Source: Candidatus Shapirobacteria bacterium CG03_land_8_20_14_0_80_40_19
GTDB lineage: Bacteria; Patescibacteriota; Microgenomatia; UM-FILTER-40-11
Assembly (NCBI GenBank): GCA_002780305.1
Contig: PEVD01000019.1
Location: 1 to 53,874 of the forward strand
DNA length: 53,874 nt
Reading direction: 5' to 3'
The notes under the pieces are model-generated. The model was given only the letters and a program-made list of their open reading frames with translations, was not told the DNA's origin and searched no databases. Below are positions 50,511 to 53,874 of the stretch, piece after piece. Both the position numbers and the translations under genes were made by a program. Each line of letters begins with the position of its first letter. The stretch's first letter is position 1.

Positions 50511-51233
50511 ATGAGTGGACATTCCAAATGGGCCAAAATCCATCGGGCGAAAGAAGCTTCCGACCAAAAAAAAGGTCAATCTTTTACTAAACTTTCAAAT
50601 GCGATTGCGATGGCCGTGAGAGAAGGGAACGGCATAACCGACCCTGAGTTTAATTTTCGGCTGAGATTGGCGATCGAGAAGGCAAGAGAGGCCAATATGC
50701 CGAAAGACAATATTGCCAGGGCGATTGACAAAGGAGGAGGAAAAGGCGAGGGCAGTGCCCTGGAAGAAATTCTTTACGAAGGCTACGGCCCGGGCGGAGT
50801 TGGTTTTTTAGTTCAATCGGTAACGGATAACCGGCAAAGGACGGTTCAGGAAGTAAAAAATATTTTCGACCGCAGTGGTGGGGCGGTTGCTTCTCCCGGA
50901 GCGGTTTCTTTTAATTTCAAAAAAGTCGGTTATTTAACCGTCAACGCCGGTGATAAAACGGAAGAGGTGATGCTGAAATTAATTGATCTTGGTGTGGAAG
51001 ACGTTGAGGATGAAGGAGAGGGGATTTTGGGGGTTTACACCAATGCTCCCGATTTGATTTCCGTTAAAGACAAAATTTCCGGAATCGGACTGCAACCACA
51101 ATCGGCAGAAATAATCATGAAACCGATAAATTACGTCTCGGTTACCGACCAAAGAACAATCGATCAAATTCTTTCTTTAGTCAACAAGCTGGAAGAGCTT
51201 GACGATATTCAGAAGGTTTTTGTCAATTTTTAA
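50511..51233 (+). CDS. YebC/PmpR-family DNA-binding transcriptional regulator
   Basis: MSGHSKWAKIHRAKEASDQKKG..FTKLSNAI..AVREG is the family hallmark. Confidence 0.9.
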   Translation: MSGHSKWAKIHRAKEASDQKKGQSFTKLSNAIAMAVREGNGITDPEFNFRLRLAIEKAREANMPKDNIARAIDKGGGKGEGSALEEILYEGYGPGGVGFLVQSVTDNRQRTVQEVKNIFDRSGGAVASPGAVSFNFKKVGYLTVNAGDKTEEVMLKLIDLGVEDVEDEGEGILGVYTNAPDLISVKDKISGIGLQPQSAEIIMKPINYVSVTDQRTIDQILSLVNKLEELDDIQKVFVNF

Positions 51234-51234
51234 A

Positions 51235-52011
51235 ATGTTTCGCCTGACAAAAAGACGTAAATTCATTCTTTCCTCACTGGTTCTTTCTTTCGGTTTGCTG
51301 GGGATCCAACTGGGTTGGGTCGCTAACCGCTATCTGGCGATTGGCATTTTGTCGTTTGTTTCTATCCCCTTGGTTTTTTGGTCTTTGAAGGAAGCCCTGA
51401 GTGTGTCGGTCTTAATAGTGTCTTGGATTCTTCCTTTCTTGTTTACCGCCGGAATCGGCTTGTTCTATTTTTTGCTCCCGGGGTCGCTTCTGGTCGGAAT
51501 TCCGATAATTTTAATTTATTTTTTTGGGATGTACGCCCTTTTCTTAAGTGAAAACATTTTTTCTGTAGCCGCAATTAGAACAATCCAGTTGTTTAGGTCT
51601 GCCTCCGCGGTTGGTTTTTTATTGACTCTTTTTACCTCCTTTTTACTTTTTGACACCATTTGGTCTTTTGCCTTACCTTTCTATTCTAATTTTGGATTAG
51701 TATTTTTAGTTTCTTTTTTGCTTTTTTTTACCGGTACCTGGAGTGTAAATCTAAAAGAAAAAATCGACAGTAAGATAATGATTTATTCCTTAATTTCTTC
51801 TCTTGGGTTGGGGGAAACCGCTGCCTTACTCTCTTTTTGGCCGGCAACCGTTTCTCTGGCCTCGCTTTTTTTGACCATGATGATCTATGTGTGCTTGGGG
51901 CTGATTCAGGCAGAGTTGAGCGATAGGTTGTTTGAAAAGACGGTTAAGGAATACCTTTTGGTTGGGTTTGCCGTTTTTGTGATACTTCTTTTTTATACTT
52001 CGTGGGGCTAA
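51235..52011 (+). CDS. polytopic membrane protein, unknown function
   Basis: ATG 51235 lies 2 nt after the yebC-like stop; the track start at 51199 is a TTG inside the upstream gene. About 8 TM helices. Confidence 0.5.
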   Translation: MFRLTKRRKFILSSLVLSFGLLGIQLGWVANRYLAIGILSFVSIPLVFWSLKEALSVSVLIVSWILPFLFTAGIGLFYFLLPGSLLVGIPIILIYFFGMYALFLSENIFSVAAIRTIQLFRSASAVGFLLTLFTSFLLFDTIWSFALPFYSNFGLVFLVSFLLFFTGTWSVNLKEKIDSKIMIYSLISSLGLGETAALLSFWPATVSLASLFLTMMIYVCLGLIQAELSDRLFEKTVKEYLLVGFAVFVILLFYTSWG

Positions 52012-52265
52012 TCACAATTTACAATTTTCAATTTATTTTTTTTGTTCCCGCTGTCGGTGAAAAGGGGAGAGGGAGTGGTAAAAATTCCAATTAACAAGAA
52101 TCCTATAGTAACACTATATACAATTTTTCACAGAGTTTTGAATATTTTTCACGATTTAGCAAGAAATATGGTTGACTGCCAAAATGATAATGTAACAAAA
52201 ATGATAGAAAATGAGGCTGTTTTTTAGTTGTTTGATATAGTTTGATAATATTTTAAATTACCCCC

Positions 52266-52274
52266 TGTGGATAA
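52266..52274 (-). promoter_or_regulatory. perfect DnaA-box consensus (TTATCCACA on the minus strand)
   Basis: TGTGGATAA on the plus strand. Two TTWTNCACA-like boxes lie nearby (TTTTTCACA at 52124-52132; TTTTTCACG at 52145-52153), all within a 570-nt non-coding gap. Confidence 0.3.
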
Positions 52275-52582
52275 CTGTTTCCTCCTAAGGCTAAAATCTA
52301 TTAAAATTTAAGAGAAGACACCTGTTTATAAGAATGAACAATAATTATTTAATTTTTATGGGGAGATAGCTTCCAAAAGAGAATGATTAACTAGTCGTCT
52401 TTGTTTTGGTAATGGCCTTCCAGGGGCTTTGACGGGACGGTTATTGACAAGTTATTAAAATTATAATAAGATACCTCCGACTGGGTATAATATCTCTTAC
52501 GCTCAGTCCGAATGAGGTCTTTAAAACAAATTAAAATTTATTCTATTCCCTATCGTGACCACACGTCTTAAAATATAAAAAA

Positions 52583-53530
52583 ATGATTCCTTATTTAGAC
52601 GATTTCCTTCTTTATCTGAAAACAAACAATTATTCATCGGAAACAATTTATAATTATGAGCGTGACTTGACCGTTTTTGATAAATTTTTAGCTGACTCCT
52701 CCACTCTCTTTAATAAAATAGACAAGAGAATAGTCTCACAATATAAGGCCTATTTAACTTCAAAAGATAGACACACCGCCATAAAGAAAGAAAAAACAAA
52801 TATAATTTTGGGTTCAAAAAGTTTAAATCGGACTTTGTCCTGCCTGCGCAGTTTTTTAAAATACCTGATTGAAATGGATTTGCCCTGTCCGATTCCTCCC
52901 GAAGTGGTTAAGATGGCCAGAACGGAAAAGAAACACGGGCAGGTGGCGGAACTGGCGGATTTGGTGAAATTAATCGAGTCGCCGGAATATCTGGAGAAAA
53001 ATTCCCTGGTAGGGTTGCGGAACAGGACGATTTTAGAGGTCTTTTTTTCAACCGGAATGAGGATTTCCGAGCTGTGCAGTTTAGACCGATCGGATATTGA
53101 TAACTCCGGCCGGATATTTATCATGGGGAAGGGAAAAAAAGAAAGATTTGTTTACTTAACCCCCCGCGCCAAAAATTACCTGGAAAGATATCTGGCGACC
53201 CGCCAAGATAGCGTGAAAGCCCTGTTTATTCCCTATGCCGGGATGAATGTATCACAAACTAAAAAAAGGCTTTCCCCCAATTACATTCAGATGAAAATTA
53301 AGCAGTACCGTGAGAAATTAAAAATTAATGTTCCTACCAGCGCTCATTCCTTAAGACACGGCTTTGCGACATATTTGGCGGAGTCCGGCGCCAGCCCGGT
53401 GGCAATCCAGATTTTGCTTGGACACGAATCTTTAGATACTACCACCCGATATGTTCACGCCTCCGATAAATTTGCCGAGGATTCCCATCGTAAATTTCAC
53501 CCGCTGGCAAAAGAAGACAAAACTGTTTAA
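52583..53530 (+). CDS. XerC/XerD-like tyrosine recombinase
   Basis: N-terminal SAM-like core-binding domain. Catalytic residues R (GMRISEL), HSLRHGFATYL and LLGHESLDTTTRYVH. Confidence 0.88.
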   Translation: MIPYLDDFLLYLKTNNYSSETIYNYERDLTVFDKFLADSSTLFNKIDKRIVSQYKAYLTSKDRHTAIKKEKTNIILGSKSLNRTLSCLRSFLKYLIEMDLPCPIPPEVVKMARTEKKHGQVAELADLVKLIESPEYLEKNSLVGLRNRTILEVFFSTGMRISELCSLDRSDIDNSGRIFIMGKGKKERFVYLTPRAKNYLERYLATRQDSVKALFIPYAGMNVSQTKKRLSPNYIQMKIKQYREKLKINVPTSAHSLRHGFATYLAESGASPVAIQILLGHESLDTTTRYVHASDKFAEDSHRKFHPLAKEDKTV

Positions 53531-53539
53531 GATACAAAT

Positions 53540-53874
53540 ATGACAGAATCTTTATCGGGGGAAATCGATTTGAAGACAACAAGTTATGGTTTTTTTAAAG
53601 ACCTAATGGATCCTCCTTGGCCAGATGTAGGTTTAAGAACGGTTCTTAATTATGATGATGCGGTTGGTGATCGGGTTCGGGTTTTAGGATATGACTCTTT
53701 ATTGCCCAAGGTTAATAATAAGAATGTGGTTGAGATAATTGAAGAAAGAGTTTCCTGTTTGAAACCCGGAGTGAGACTGAAGGTTTTAGATGTGGGTTGC
53801 GGGACAGGTTACGCTTTGTCTGAATGTTTAACAAAGCTCGGATGGAAGGGAAAATTAGATTTATCCGGGATAAC
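53540..53874 (+). CDS. class I SAM-dependent methyltransferase, 3'-truncated by window edge
   Basis: ATG at 53540, open to the end of the window. VLDVGCGTGY is the SAM-binding motif I. Confidence 0.6.
   Translation, partial: MTESLSGEIDLKTTSYGFFKDLMDPPWPDVGLRTVLNYDDAVGDRVRVLGYDSLLPKVNNKNVVEIIEERVSCLKPGVRLKVLDVGCGTGYALSECLTKLGWKGKLDLSGI

Noticed and set aside
52042-52227. 61-aa ORF in the gap upstream of the recombinase gene.
   Set aside because: It has a non-ATG start, no SD or -10 context and a non-protein-like product. It covers the DnaA-box-like motifs, so the region is better treated as non-coding.
52445-52470. dif-like Xer recombination site (TTATTA-N6-TAATAA palindrome), and TTGACA as a -35 box.
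   Set aside because: Short AT-only palindromes are expected by chance in this composition. The arms are far shorter than the 11-nt Xer arms, and the TTGACA has no properly spaced -10 box.
1-53874. Alternative genetic code (UGA recoded), as in some candidate phyla.
   Set aside because: All conserved genes (cysS, hisS, ruvB, dnaB exteins, tgt, ychF) are full length under the standard code. Several end in TGA at the expected position, including the ATGA stop/start overlaps.

Overview
This is an AT-rich (high 30s to about 40% GC by eye), gene-dense bacterial window read with the standard code; conserved genes are full length with TGA as a stop. Housekeeping genes dominate: dnaX, ybaB-like, recR, cysS, ruvCAB, ychF, rpsF-ssb-rpsR, rpmE plus an RF1-like gene, hisS, dnaB with an intein, tgt, yebC-like, a xerC/D-like recombinase, rpsU and tRNA-Leu(CAA). 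Small proteins, many overlapping start/stop junctions and the gene content suggest a reduced-genome CPR/Patescibacteria-type organism, which is an inference only.

Accessory content:
- Nt 1-7700: an orphan VirD4/TraD-like ATPase, a sortase with an LPXTG substrate, HicAB, and a strongly GC-rich LysM gene.
- An AbiEii-type toxin pair.
- A surface-glycosylation cluster of GT2, GT4 and a giant membrane protein.
- An island at about 26.45-31.8 kb with a retropepsin-like protease and small-partner module, orphan genes and a frameshifted gene.

The most unusual signals are structural rather than genic:
1. Two families of palindromic repeat units are inserted in-frame in conserved genes. One occurs three times in a single glycosyltransferase-like ORF. 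The other is shared by the RseP and S41 protease genes.
2. The low-complexity oligo-repeats that build the intergenic hairpins also occur in-frame inside ORFs.
3. A -10 box sits 5-7 nt upstream of the ATG, with no Shine-Dalgarno, at more than a dozen operon-first genes, which suggests leaderless mRNAs.
4. An RF1-like release factor lacks domain 1, and a YbeY homologue has lost two of its three zinc histidines.

No CRISPR array or rRNA was seen. My own coordinates for non-ORF features are hand-counted and may be off by 1-2 nt.
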